61,290 nt of DNA, from positions 1 through 61,290 of the forward strand of contig JAUIHY010000001.1 of assembly GCA_030432115.1 (NCBI GenBank), read 5' to 3'. Below are positions 27,769 to 38,196 of the stretch, in pieces; within the stretch, counting starts at the first letter, position 1; the number at the start of each line of letters is the position of its first letter. The DNA is from Gammaproteobacteria bacterium. GTDB lineage: Bacteria; Pseudomonadota; Gammaproteobacteria; Xanthomonadales; Marinicellaceae. A program made the position numbers and the translations under genes. Under the pieces are notes generated by a model that saw nothing but the letters and a program-made list of their open reading frames with translations, had not been told where the DNA came from and ran no database searches.

Positions 27769-29954
27769 TAAAATGCCTCTTTGTATCCTAAAATAGATTG
27801 CCTCAATAAGCGCCTTGGGCTTCTGCCCAGCGCGCCCAAGCCGTTGAGTTGAAATTCTGCATAAAAACCATTGTTACTCAAACCGGTTTCATCGACCAAA
27901 TAATGGCGGCCCATCAAGCGCAGGGCCCAACAGCACCCTTTATACTCGTAGCCAAATAAAGCTTCAATGGTTTTGTTGCTTTTGGTTGAATAATTGACGC
28001 GTGTTAACAACCTGTGCGCTGATTTTATGGGTATCACAGCAGATGCATCAATTTGTTCAATTTTATCTTGTCGGTAACGGTAAGCAAAGTTAAACACATC
28101 ACCTCGATTGGTTTTTCTTTGCACTTTGAACAAGCCACGCTCTAATTTTTTGCTTTCTTGGTCATAGTGCAAACTGACACCAGCACTCCAGTTATTGTGC
28201 AGGTAGAGATTATATTCACCAATCAATGGAGATTTCGTTAAATCTTGAGGTTCACCGCTTAACTGAACCAGTTGATCGTCAAAATAGTTGATTTGGCCCA
28301 GCGTCAGGTTCCACTTTTCTGCCCCAGATGATGAAAAACTGCGGTGGGTCAATGCCAATGCCGCTTGGTTCATGTCAGCTTGTCTGTCGGCACCTGAAAA
28401 ACGGTTTGTTTGAAATAACATGGTGGAACCAAAGGTTAACCTGCGGCTGTCAAAAAGCGGGATGTCATCCTGATTTTTCTCAGGTACATACACATAAAAC
28501 AGTCGTGGCTCTATGGTTTTGTACGCACCATTGTCTTCCCACTTTTCAAAAGTCATGCTTGAATCCAAAGAAAACACGGGCAGTGACCGAGAAATATTGG
28601 ATCGACCATCATCAAAATCATAGTGTGTGGATCGGTACTCAACTTTCGGTTTTATCCGACCCCATGTGTTAGAAAATTCGGTGCTCAACCAAGGCTTCAA
28701 TTCAGTGCGCCAGGCCCCAACAACATCTTCTCTGTAAAAATTGATTAAGGTGGTGTTGATGCCATAATCATATCCCGAGGTGCTGGCTGGTTTGTACCAA
28801 TTAAAATTGATTTCTGGCAGTTTTTGATAAGGCTCATTGGCCGCCGAAATGTTTTCACTCAAAACCTGATAGTCTTCAAAACCCGCAAAGAAATCCCAAC
28901 TGCTGGCGTGACCCCTTACATTGACTTGGCTTTTTAAATAGGGGGTGGAAGTGATGAATGAACTGGAAGCAAAATCTTCATAATAGCGACTGTCTGATAC
29001 ATGGTTCAAATCAGCAGCAAATCGCCATTGTTTGTTGAAACGGGTGCTGTGCTGGTAATGCAACCAACCACGATCATCTCCACGCTTGTCATCATTGGGC
29101 AAATAGGTGCCTTCTAACACCCCATTGGAACGCTCGGCTTTGTACCTGAATTCTGCTCCCAGCATCAAACCATGGTCTTGCAAATATCGCGGTGTTAAGG
29201 TGAGGTCGTATTGTGGATGGATGTTGAAGTAATAGGGCAAAGTCAAATCCAAACCGGTGGTGTTTGAATAAGAAAAGCTGGGCACCAGTAAACCACTGCG
29301 TCGATCATCATTAAGGGGTAATTTAATCCATGGTATATAGAGCCATGTTCTGTCCTTCACTTTCAGCCTGGCACCTTTGAATGTACCCATACCTTCTTGA
29401 TTGTCCAAATGGGCTTCTCGTGCTGTGATTTCCCAACTTCTTTGGTCAGGCGAGCAGGTTGAAAACGTCATGTTTTGTACCACCGCCAAGTCATCACTTA
29501 AAGTCATCTGCTCAGCTTGACCATTCATGTCTGAATCGAGCATAAAATAGCGCAGGTGTTTGATGTCCGCCGTTTTATTTTGGTTGTCCATTTCTGCATC
29601 TTGGGCCGTAATGCGTTGGGCGTTATTTTGCAACCACACACCGCCATTGGTTTTAAAACGTTGCGTGTCCTTGTGAAAGGTCAACTGAGGCGTCATGAAA
29701 CGCAATTGTTCCCGCTTGATACACACATTACCTGACAATAAAAAAGTTTGATCTGAAAGTTTTTGTGAGTGGGTGGCCGCCACATTGATGTTGGCGTTTG
29801 CTGTCGCCTGTGCCAAACAGCGTTCTTGGGTTGGTGTCAGGTTGATGTCTTTTACTTCACACTGCTGTACAGCCAATACGGCATTGGGTGAACCGGCAGC
29901 AAGGCACATCATGAGCAAAATAAACGGGGGTGATTTTTTCAATGGATAACTCAA
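27768..29954 (-). CDS. lptD: LPS-assembly outer-membrane protein LptD
   Basis: FSTC, RRSGLL, PYYFNI, EPRLFY, NRFSGADR, CCWALR; synteny with surA. Start uncertain. Confidence 0.93.
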   Translation of the reverse strand: MSYPLKKSPPFILLMMCLAAGSPNAVLAVQQCEVKDINLTPTQERCLAQATANANINVAATHSQKLSDQTFLLSGNVCIKREQLRFMTPQLTFHKDTQRFKTNGGVWLQNNAQRITAQDAEMDNQNKTADIKHLRYFMLDSDMNGQAEQMTLSDDLAVVQNMTFSTCSPDQRSWEITAREAHLDNQEGMGTFKGARLKVKDRTWLYIPWIKLPLNDDRRSGLLVPSFSYSNTTGLDLTLPYYFNIHPQYDLTLTPRYLQDHGLMLGAEFRYKAERSNGVLEGTYLPNDDKRGDDRGWLHYQHSTRFNKQWRFAADLNHVSDSRYYEDFASSSFITSTPYLKSQVNVRGHASSWDFFAGFEDYQVLSENISAANEPYQKLPEINFNWYKPASTSGYDYGINTTLINFYREDVVGAWRTELKPWLSTEFSNTWGRIKPKVEYRSTHYDFDDGRSNISRSLPVFSLDSSMTFEKWEDNGAYKTIEPRLFYVYVPEKNQDDIPLFDSRRLTFGSTMLFQTNRFSGADRQADMNQAALALTHRSFSSSGAEKWNLTLGQINYFDDQLVQLSGEPQDLTKSPLIGEYNLYLHNNWSAGVSLHYDQESKKLERGLFKVQRKTNRGDVFNFAYRYRQDKIEQIDASAVIPIKSAHRLLTRVNYSTKSNKTIEALFGYEYKGCCWALRLMGRHYLVDETGLSNNGFYAEFQLNGLGALGRSPRRLLRQSILGYKEAF

Positions 29955-30032
29955 TTGTAAATTTTTATGATATCTGTTTTACATTCCAAGCGGGCTATTT
30001 TAATATGGTTGGAGCTAAAAGTCTGTAGCTGT

Positions 30033-30062
30033 TCGACATTCTGTCCTTCAGCCGCATAAAAT
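30033..30062 (+). promoter_or_regulatory. Possible sigma70 promoter TCGACA-N18-TAAAAT
   Basis: 5/6 matches to both hexamers upstream of yegP. Confidence 0.4.
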
Positions 30063-30090
30063 TAACATTGTTTACAGAGGTGAATAAATC

Positions 30091-30426
30091 ATGGCAGGTA
30101 AGTTTGTAGTCACAAGTGGCAAAGACGGTAAAGATTATTTTGTACTCAAAGCCGGTAACGGTGAAGTGATTTTGCAATCACAAGGATACAGCTCAGCATC
30201 TGGTTGTGAAAACGGCATCGAATCGGTAAAAAACAATGCCGGTGATGAAAGTAAATTCGAATGCAGAGAAGCCAAAGACGGGCGAGTTTACTTTGTCTTA
30301 AAAGCATCCAATGGCCAAGAAATCGGTCGCTCTCAAATGTACAAATCAGACAGTGGTTGTAAAAATGGCATGGCTTCAGTGGCCAAAAATGCAGCTGATG
30401 CTTCTGTTGTTGATGAAAGAGGCTAA
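30091..30426 (+). CDS. yegP: YegP family protein (two DUF1508 repeats)
   Basis: YFVLKAGNGEVI...NGIESVK and YFVLKASNGQEI...NGMASVA. Confidence 0.9.
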   Translation: MAGKFVVTSGKDGKDYFVLKAGNGEVILQSQGYSSASGCENGIESVKNNAGDESKFECREAKDGRVYFVLKASNGQEIGRSQMYKSDSGCKNGMASVAKNAADASVVDERG

Positions 30427-30445
30427 GAAACCTTTGCAAAATTTG

Positions 30446-30474
30446 AAGGGCACGTATATCGTGTCCTTTTTTTT
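30446..30474 (+). terminator. Intrinsic terminator after yegP
   Basis: AAGGGCACG/CGTGTCCTT stem plus T-run. Confidence 0.8.
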
Positions 30475-30486
30475 GCCTGAAAAATC

Positions 30487-31224
30487 ATGAGTTGGTACCA
30501 AGACGAATCACTGTGGGAAGTTTTTTATGATTGCATGTTTGATCAAGCCAGTTTTGATTTGGCCAAACAGCAATGTCCTCAAATACTTGAGATGGTCGGC
30601 CACCCTGTCAGTAACATGCTCGATTTGGCTTGTGGTCCTGGCAGGCATTTGCTGGGCTTTGCCTCATTTGGTATTGACGTCACTGGCGTGGACTTGAGCG
30701 GCTATTTACTCAGTCATGCTGCCAATCACTTTGAACAAGAACAAGTGGCAGGCACTTTGGTTCATAGTGATATGTTGGCCTATGAACCCAAACAAAAGTT
30801 TGACCTGATCACCAATTTATTCACATCTTTCGGTTACTACCCTGAGGCCAATGACAACCAAAAGGTGTTGAATCAAGCTTACCAGTGGTTGAACAAAGGT
30901 GGCTCTTTGGTGATAGACACCTTTGGTAAAGAGCAATTGGCACACACCATGGAACCCGTTCACTTGACTGAATATGACAACGGTGATTTAAGGGTGGAAC
31001 GCCCTCTGTTAATAAATAACATGCGCGTTTTTGCCAATGAGTGGATCTTGATCAGGGGCAATGAAGCCTTCCGACGAGAATACCAGCACTTTGTTTACAG
31101 CGCCCAAGAAATGGAAACCATGCTGTCTTTAGCCGGTTTTGAAGACATCCGAATTTACGGGTCATTTGAAGGCGATGAATACGATTTATCCTGCGAGCGA
31201 TTGATTGCTGTGGCGCAAAAATAA
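30487..31224 (+). CDS. Class I SAM-dependent methyltransferase
   Basis: LDLACGPGRH, GVDLS, FTSFGY. Confidence 0.9.
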   Translation: MSWYQDESLWEVFYDCMFDQASFDLAKQQCPQILEMVGHPVSNMLDLACGPGRHLLGFASFGIDVTGVDLSGYLLSHAANHFEQEQVAGTLVHSDMLAYEPKQKFDLITNLFTSFGYYPEANDNQKVLNQAYQWLNKGGSLVIDTFGKEQLAHTMEPVHLTEYDNGDLRVERPLLINNMRVFANEWILIRGNEAFRREYQHFVYSAQEMETMLSLAGFEDIRIYGSFEGDEYDLSCERLIAVAQK

Positions 31225-31260
31225 AAAAAGCCTGTGGGTTCCAAAACCCACAGGCTTTTT
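31225..31260. terminator. Bidirectional intrinsic terminator
   Basis: AAAAAGCCTGTGGGTT/AACCCACAGGCTTTTT between convergent genes. Confidence 0.9.
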
Positions 31261-31276
31261 AAAGCAAATGATTCAT

Positions 31277-32776
31277 TCACTCCAAGGGTTCAAGCGTCAA
31301 AGGGTCTTTTAAAGCCACCTTTTGCATGGTCAATCCCGTAATTTCAGCCAGGGTGCCATGCTTGCCATCTCCGGCTTCAGCTTCTGAAAGCTTACCCACC
31401 AACAAGATACGTAACTCATCTTTATTAAGGTATTTTTTAGCCACCCTTTGGACATCAGCGATACTGACCGCCCGAATTTTGGCTTCATAATTTTTCCAAT
31501 AATCAGCCGCTTCTTCATTCAAATCATCGGTCACAAAACGATTGGCTTTGCTTTGTGGGCTGGCATACAAATCAGCCAAAAAAGTCACTTGAGATTCCTG
31601 AGCAGTTTTCAACTCTTTGGGGCTCACTGGCTCATTTTGAATGCGGGCTATTTCTTCCAAAACTATCGCCGTGGCTTGGGCCACTGATGGATTCTTAGAT
31701 TGAAAGTAGGCACGGAATTGTCCGTTGAAGTTTCTGCCTGCCGTATAGCGAGAGCCTGCCGAATAAGCCAGACCTTCATCCGAACGAACACGTTTGGTGA
31801 TGCGAGAGGTGAAACCACCACCGCCCAAAATGTCATTCATCACTTGAATGGCATAAAAATCTGGGTTACTTCTTTTAACACCTGGGTGACCAATGGTCAC
31901 ACGGGTTTGGGTAACGTCATCTTTGTTCACACCATACAAACCTGGCGCTTGTGGCATCAAATCATCTGGAATTTGGCGTTGTACTGACATTTTAGGTAAC
32001 CGCGCCAGTTGCTTGTTCAATTTTTCTACCACACTGGCTTTATCTACGGCGCCAGAGACAGCAATCAATAATTGACCTGAACCAAACACCTTGGCCACAT
32101 AATCACGCATGGCATCGGCATCAACGGCATTGACTTCAGTTTCGGTGGCCATTCGGTTGGTGTAAAAATCTTCACCCCTGATGATTTCTGCCCAAACCCT
32201 GGGCTCAATGGTACGGGTGTCGTCATTTCGACGGCGCATGCCTTCCAAGGCTTTGTCTTTATTGATTTGAAGACGCTCACCATCCATTCTCGCCTCAGTT
32301 ATCATGTCGAACATCAAATCCAAAGACTCATCCAGATTATTACTCAATGTGTCCAAACTGGCCGATGAACTCACTGAGTTGCTGCCAAATCCAATGCTGG
32401 TGGCGAGAAAATCCAACCGTTCATCCAAAGCATCAGGCGCCAAATCTTGGGTCCCACCATCACGCAACATGGTCATGGCCATGCGACCGGTAACCGATGT
32501 TTCTTGGCTCAAAATAAACTCACCGATGGGTGATGTGATGCTGATGCGTACCAAAGGAAACTTATGGTCTTCAACCACATAGGCCACATTGCCATCAGCC
32601 AAAGCCACGCGATGAGTGTCGGCATCTGCAAAATAGAGACTGCTGTCTTCAAACTTTAATTGGCTTGGGTGTTTAACGATTCCTTTCTGGCTGATGCCTT
32701 TTTTCGCCACCGCTGCTCCAGAAACCAGGATGGCACTTGCCATTGCAGTGGCCAATAATATGTTTTTCAATCTCAT
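31277..32776 (-). CDS. M16 peptidase, non-catalytic subunit, exported
   Basis: LGGGGFTSR...VRSDEGLAYS; no HxxEH; signal peptide. Confidence 0.85.
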   Translation of the reverse strand: MRLKNILLATAMASAILVSGAAVAKKGISQKGIVKHPSQLKFEDSSLYFADADTHRVALADGNVAYVVEDHKFPLVRISITSPIGEFILSQETSVTGRMAMTMLRDGGTQDLAPDALDERLDFLATSIGFGSNSVSSSASLDTLSNNLDESLDLMFDMITEARMDGERLQINKDKALEGMRRRNDDTRTIEPRVWAEIIRGEDFYTNRMATETEVNAVDADAMRDYVAKVFGSGQLLIAVSGAVDKASVVEKLNKQLARLPKMSVQRQIPDDLMPQAPGLYGVNKDDVTQTRVTIGHPGVKRSNPDFYAIQVMNDILGGGGFTSRITKRVRSDEGLAYSAGSRYTAGRNFNGQFRAYFQSKNPSVAQATAIVLEEIARIQNEPVSPKELKTAQESQVTFLADLYASPQSKANRFVTDDLNEEAADYWKNYEAKIRAVSIADVQRVAKKYLNKDELRILLVGKLSEAEAGDGKHGTLAEITGLTMQKVALKDPLTLEPLE

Positions 32777-32778
32777 GA

Positions 32779-34521
32779 TTATTCTCCTGCCTTAGCTAAT
32801 CGTTTTTTCAATTGTTTCAGCAAATAATTCATTGCTGCTTGTTTGTCTGCTGGCGCTTGTGCCAAACTGCCTTCAATGCGTTGCACTATGGCAGGCAGTT
32901 GTGCCGGCGGCACCATGGCCAGTTGACCCAACATTTGCTTCACTTGATCTTGGTCTTCTTGACTCAAGGCCGCCAACTCTGGATCCACAGGCTCATCAGA
33001 AACCTTGCGGGTGTATAACGCGCTGCCTTTGAAACCATTCAGGTATTTTTGCGCCGCAGCTTGAACATCTTGTTTGCTGACTTTTGTCAAACGCTCAAAG
33101 TTGGTGTCCATGGTGCGCCAATCCCGCAACCCTTCAAAATACAACAATTGAATGGCCAAGAAAAACGGATCTTCTAAGCGCCTGAATTGACTGGCTGCAT
33201 TTTGATTCAATTGTTTTTCTAATTCATAATCTGTGATACCCTCATCGATGATTTTTTGCACCTCTTCCAACAAGGTTTTCTTCAATAAGTCTGGGCTGAC
33301 ACCTTTCTTACCATTGGCTGAAACGGTGAAACTGCCATCAAATTTCTGGGTGTTGCTTTGGGCCGAAGCCGAAGTGGCGATTTGGTCTTCCAGCACCAAA
33401 CGCTTGTACAATCGCCCCGTTTTTCCTGACAACACACCCGCCAAAACACTCAAAGCTGGGTCATCTTTGCCACCAAATGCCGTGGTGCGCCAATCAATGC
33501 TGGCAGAAGGTGGTGCATCCACTTCAGCACGGTAATCGAAATCACCCATTAAAGGCATGGCCAAAGTGATAACATCGTCAGCTTTTTTGCCGTTTGATGG
33601 GATGCGGCCAAAATATTTTTTAGCCAATTTGATCGCCTGGGCTTCATCAAAATCACCCACCAAAGCAAAGGTTAAATTGTTAGGTGCATAATATTGGTCA
33701 AAGTAGTTGGCCGCTTGTTCTCGGGTGATGGCTGATATGTCTGATGGCCAACCAACCACAGGCCAACCATAGGGATGGCCACGCCAAAACAATGAATTAT
33801 AAACTTCATCCTGCGCGCCAGTCGGCGTAGATTCAGTTCGCATGCGGCGCTCTTCATATACCACATCGCGCTCTGAATAAAACTCTCGGAACACCGGCTG
33901 AGACAAGCGTTCAGATTCCATCCACATCCACATTTCTAATTTGTTTTTAGGCACACGAATAAAATAAACAGTCATGTCTTGGTTGGTGAATGCGTTCATG
34001 CCAGAAGCACCCGCTTCGGTATACACCTGGTCAAATTCATCTTTCACCAAATTGGCCCTTTGTTTTTCTATCAAGGCATCGAACTGTGCTTGCAAATCTT
34101 TCATTTCTTCGTCTTGCAAGTGGGCGTCATTGATACCATCACCATGACCCAAACGCACCTGTTCACGGTAACCGCGCTCTTTTTCAATCATCTGACTGCG
34201 GATGTCATCTAATTGGCCACGCAATTTGTCGTCCAATTTCGCTTTTTTAACACCGATGCGGGGTGAACCTTTGAACAACATGTGTTCAAATAAATGTGAG
34301 ATTCCCGTGATGCCAGGCTGTTCATTGGCTGACCCCACTCGAGCCACCCAACCGCCAACAATGTTGGCTTGCCCTGGTTGTTGAACCATTAAAAATTTCA
34401 TGCCGTTGTCTAAAACGACTTCTTTGACGCTGTCTTGTAGCTTGGTTGTTGCTGCCTGTGTCACAGACACGGTCAGCAAACCCAATACCGCAACAGCACG
34501 TTTGAGCTTAATGAAAGCCAT
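32779..34521 (-). CDS. M16 zinc peptidase, catalytic subunit, exported
   Basis: GISHLFEHMLFKG, NAFT, ESERL, EERRMR; start ATG 34521 after GAGGAG. Confidence 0.9.
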   Translation of the reverse strand: MAFIKLKRAVAVLGLLTVSVTQAATTKLQDSVKEVVLDNGMKFLMVQQPGQANIVGGWVARVGSANEQPGITGISHLFEHMLFKGSPRIGVKKAKLDDKLRGQLDDIRSQMIEKERGYREQVRLGHGDGINDAHLQDEEMKDLQAQFDALIEKQRANLVKDEFDQVYTEAGASGMNAFTNQDMTVYFIRVPKNKLEMWMWMESERLSQPVFREFYSERDVVYEERRMRTESTPTGAQDEVYNSLFWRGHPYGWPVVGWPSDISAITREQAANYFDQYYAPNNLTFALVGDFDEAQAIKLAKKYFGRIPSNGKKADDVITLAMPLMGDFDYRAEVDAPPSASIDWRTTAFGGKDDPALSVLAGVLSGKTGRLYKRLVLEDQIATSASAQSNTQKFDGSFTVSANGKKGVSPDLLKKTLLEEVQKIIDEGITDYELEKQLNQNAASQFRRLEDPFFLAIQLLYFEGLRDWRTMDTNFERLTKVSKQDVQAAAQKYLNGFKGSALYTRKVSDEPVDPELAALSQEDQDQVKQMLGQLAMVPPAQLPAIVQRIEGSLAQAPADKQAAMNYLLKQLKKRLAKAGE

Positions 34522-34705
34522 GGGGTGTTTCTCCTCTTTCAGTGGTTTTGTCATCAGTTCACAAAGACACTTTATGATTAAATTGGACATTGATGCAAAG
34601 CATAGCAAGTGCATAAAAGAAGCCAGCCACTGCATCAAAATGAACGAACATTTTAACGCAGAATGGGGTCAGCTCACAAGGCAAAGCTGGCGGACTTTCG
34701 GGTGA

Positions 34706-36370
34706 CTACTGATACAATTCTGGTAAACCCTTGTTGGCTTTGTTGGCCCTCTTCTGGCGCTTGAAACCACCTTGTTTGGCCAGCTGAAACCAGCTGATAC
34801 TGTGGTCATAATCGGCGCCTTGATACAAACTATTTTGCAGGGTTTCTATCGCCTGTAACGTGGCTTGATCTTCAATTTGATTGGCAATTTGGCTTAAGTT
34901 GGTGACTTGTTGTTGATGCTCCTGGTTCCACCAGGCAAGCAATGTTTGTTGAATACGGCTTGGGGTGGCTTCTTTCAAAGCCCTCAGATTGGGGTCAAAA
35001 CGATTAACATTGGCTTGTTTTGTTGCTGGAACCATTTGAGCCGTGCGCATGCGACGCAGCATAAAAATGGTGGTCAATACCCACAAACTGGCAAAAATCA
35101 AAGCCAAGGGTCGCCAAATATCTGCTGCCTTTGAATCCACTGGATTTATGTTGGTTGCTGGGTCTGAAATCACCAATTGGCTGGCAGGTATTTCTTTTTG
35201 AATTTGAGCCGTAGGCTGCGGTGTGTTTTGGTTGGCCACATCTGCACGGGCCACGTCAAATGTGGTGCTGGCCAATGTGGCCGTGCGGGTTTGCTCCAAC
35301 TGGGTGTCATACCATTCCAATGTGTATTCTGGAATCTCCAGCTGCCCAGCTTGACTCGGAATCACCGCGTATTTGATGGTTTTGGTGGCTATCAATCGCT
35401 CACCATCGGTGCGCGTCATGGTGTCGGTTTTGTCCTGATAAATTTTGGCACCCTCAAACTGGTCCATATTAATTTCTGGCAATTGCGTTTCAGACAATCC
35501 CGTAGCGACCAAGTTGATGGTGCGTGTGATGGGCTCACCCACCTTATATTCACCTTGCGACCAAGTTTGGGTGACATTCAGATCACTCGCTGGAATCCAC
35601 GGCTTATTAATAAAAGCTTGGGGAATGGGCTTGATGTCCAAAGCCAACATTTCAGATACTTGACGCACCGGTCTACCACGCTGAAACATGCTGTAGCTGG
35701 AGCGGCGACTGTTGTCAGTGACTTCTCCTTCAAACACCAAAGGATTTAATTCTAAAGGACCTGAATTTTCAGCGTAAATGGCGTATTTTCGTTCCAAAAC
35801 CTGGTATGTTTTGCCGTCTCTTTGTGTGCTGTAGCTGGCACCTTTGTTGATTTGTTGAACAATCACCCCATCAGCACTGGGATCAGTTAATCCACCATTT
35901 TTCAAATTGACTGCATACAACAAGCGCACCGTTAAGATGATTTCTTCTTGAACAAAAGCACTGGTTTTGCTGGGTATTAATTCAATAAATATATCACCTT
36001 GGGCTTTGGCATTGGGATCCGGTTTATTCACCTCAATGCGCAGCGCTTGTGTCGATTCACCAGCCACTTCAATTGGTGGAATGATGTGCTTACCCAAAGA
36101 TTTAGGCACCAATAAGACTTGCCAAGTGGTGCTGGAAGAGGTTTCACCATTGATGATTTGTGTTGAACTGGATCTGCCCGTACTTCCGACATGAAACACC
36201 GCATCAAGCACCGTGAAGTCGGGTTGTTCATTGGTGTTTTTATCCAAGGTCACTTCCATCGTGATGGATTCACCCAAAAACAAACTACTGCGATCTACTT
36301 TGGCTGTTAATTTGGCAGCTGCCGAGCCACACAACAACAGCAACATCATCAAAAAACTGTATTTATTCAT
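34706..36370 (-). CDS. BatD family protein
   Basis: Signal peptide, QIING, GEPITR, C-terminal TM; last gene of the MoxR cluster. Confidence 0.85.
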   Translation of the reverse strand: MNKYSFLMMLLLLCGSAAAKLTAKVDRSSLFLGESITMEVTLDKNTNEQPDFTVLDAVFHVGSTGRSSSTQIINGETSSSTTWQVLLVPKSLGKHIIPPIEVAGESTQALRIEVNKPDPNAKAQGDIFIELIPSKTSAFVQEEIILTVRLLYAVNLKNGGLTDPSADGVIVQQINKGASYSTQRDGKTYQVLERKYAIYAENSGPLELNPLVFEGEVTDNSRRSSYSMFQRGRPVRQVSEMLALDIKPIPQAFINKPWIPASDLNVTQTWSQGEYKVGEPITRTINLVATGLSETQLPEINMDQFEGAKIYQDKTDTMTRTDGERLIATKTIKYAVIPSQAGQLEIPEYTLEWYDTQLEQTRTATLASTTFDVARADVANQNTPQPTAQIQKEIPASQLVISDPATNINPVDSKAADIWRPLALIFASLWVLTTIFMLRRMRTAQMVPATKQANVNRFDPNLRALKEATPSRIQQTLLAWWNQEHQQQVTNLSQIANQIEDQATLQAIETLQNSLYQGADYDHSISWFQLAKQGGFKRQKRANKANKGLPELYQ

Positions 36371-38196
36371 CACCAATCCTCTGTGGTTTGAAATTCATCA
36401 CCGCTTTGGTTTCTGCGGTGGTATTGATATAAAAATTTGCGTCTGAGCAGGCCACCTGGGTCATCTTTGATGCGCCTGAGCCACTGTTCCATGGCTTGTT
36501 TTTCTTCGGCATCCAAGGCTTGTTCCTCTGGTGTCAACTCAGCTTCCTGTTGAGGTTGCTGCTGTTCAGACTCTTGTTGCTCTGCTTGTTCCTGCTGTTG
36601 TTGTTCTTCTTGCTCAGCCTCGGATTGCTCATCTTTGTTGGCCTGTTGCTTTTGCTCTTCGCTGTCTTGTTGCTGTTCTTGCTCAGATTGTTCTTGTTCT
36701 GATTGTTCTGAATCTTGTTGCTCACCTGATTGGTTTTCATCAGACTCATCACCTTGTTCGCCCTGTTGCTCTTGTTGCTGTTCTTGCTGTTGTTTCAAAG
36801 CTTCTTCAACGATTTTTTTGTTGTACAGCGTGTCTTCATCATTGGGGTCATAGGTCAGCGCCTGCTCATAACTGGCCAATGCTTTTTCTAAGTCGCCTGA
36901 CTGCGCCAAAGCATTGCCCTGGTTGTAATGGCGATCTAAATCATTCGGTTGCATTTGATACAAGTCAGCGGCCTGCTTGAATTGTTTGTTCTGGTAGGCG
37001 GCGGCGGCTTGAATTTTAGGATCAAGCGCTGTTTTTTGTGCTTCTGCCGCTTGATCGTTTTGCAGTTGTTTCCAAGCTTGCTGGTCTTTGTTTAACCACA
37101 ACTCATCCCATGACAATGCATGCGATTGTTCCACCGGCAAAACCACCCCAAGAGCCAAAAACAGCAGTAAGCCACGCCGATACAACAAGGCCACCATGGG
37201 TAGCAACAACAAAGCCAAAAATGGCCCATCATCTATATAGTTTTGACGCCCCATGTCATCCTCACCCCCAAATGGCTGGTCTTCTGCAGAACGATCTTTG
37301 TTTTCACTCAAGTCAGCTGCAGCATCAAACATGCCAGCAAAATCATCACCACTTGACAGCACAGTGAAATAACCTGACCCCAGAGTCGCCGCTTGCTGCA
37401 AAGCACTGAAATCCAATTTTGGAATGACGATTTGGCCACGCAAATCTTTAACAAAACCACGAGGTGTTGGGATGGGAGCCCCAGTTTCTGTGCCCACTGC
37501 CATCACATGGGTTTTGATGTTTTCAGCACTTAATTGACGCAAAGTGTCTTCCGTTTTGGACACTGAAATGCCGTCTGTGATAAGTAAAATTTCACCTTTG
37601 AGCACCGCCGATTGTTTGAGCAGTTCAGCAGACTTTTCCAATGCGGTAACGGTATTGGTTCCTTTAACCGGCATGATGGAAGGCTCGATGGCTTCCAGCA
37701 TGGCTGCAATGGTTTCCACATCATCAGTCAGTGGCGTCACCACAAATGCATCTCCTGCATAAACCACCAAAGCGGTTTGACCGTCTTTTCTTTGGTCGAG
37801 TAAATCTTTGATTTTAAATTTGGCCCGTTGTAGTCGAGAAGGCTTGATGTCATCAGACAACATGCTGCGCGAAACATCCAAAGCCAACACCAAAGCAGAC
37901 TGGTTTTGGACCACAGGAACCGGTACCTTTCGCACCGCAGGTCCTGAGATGGCCAACACGGCAATCAATGCCGCAGGCCAATACAGCCATTGCCAACGGC
38001 TGCCTTTTTGGGCTGTTTGTACCTGCATGGCCTGTAACAGCTCAGGATCACAGCTTTGTTGCCAGCCGTCTTGACCGCCACCGCTTTTTAACCCTCGCCA
38101 CAACAACAGCGCTGCAGGCAACAGCAACCACAAAAACGCCGGGCGTAAGAAATGAAATTCAGACCAATTCCATTCAGCCATGGTCAACACGTCCAT
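36370..38196 (-). CDS. vWA + TPR protein (BatB/BatC-like fusion)
   Basis: HFLRP, DVSRSM, PLTDD, YNQGNALA, Q/E-rich linker, WLRRIKDDPGGLLRRKF. Confidence 0.88.
   Translation of the reverse strand: MDVLTMAEWNWSEFHFLRPAFLWLLLPAALLLWRGLKSGGGQDGWQQSCDPELLQAMQVQTAQKGSRWQWLYWPAALIAVLAISGPAVRKVPVPVVQNQSALVLALDVSRSMLSDDIKPSRLQRAKFKIKDLLDQRKDGQTALVVYAGDAFVVTPLTDDVETIAAMLEAIEPSIMPVKGTNTVTALEKSAELLKQSAVLKGEILLITDGISVSKTEDTLRQLSAENIKTHVMAVGTETGAPIPTPRGFVKDLRGQIVIPKLDFSALQQAATLGSGYFTVLSSGDDFAGMFDAAADLSENKDRSAEDQPFGGEDDMGRQNYIDDGPFLALLLLPMVALLYRRGLLLFLALGVVLPVEQSHALSWDELWLNKDQQAWKQLQNDQAAEAQKTALDPKIQAAAAYQNKQFKQAADLYQMQPNDLDRHYNQGNALAQSGDLEKALASYEQALTYDPNDEDTLYNKKIVEEALKQQQEQQQEQQGEQGDESDENQSGEQQDSEQSEQEQSEQEQQQDSEEQKQQANKDEQSEAEQEEQQQQEQAEQQESEQQQPQQEAELTPEEQALDAEEKQAMEQWLRRIKDDPGGLLRRKFLYQYHRRNQSGDEFQTTEDW

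Noticed and set aside
36531-36980. Cys/Ser- and Leu-rich alternative ORFs and CTG/TTG periodicity
   Set aside because: Antisense shadow of the Q/E-rich linker typical of BatB/C proteins.
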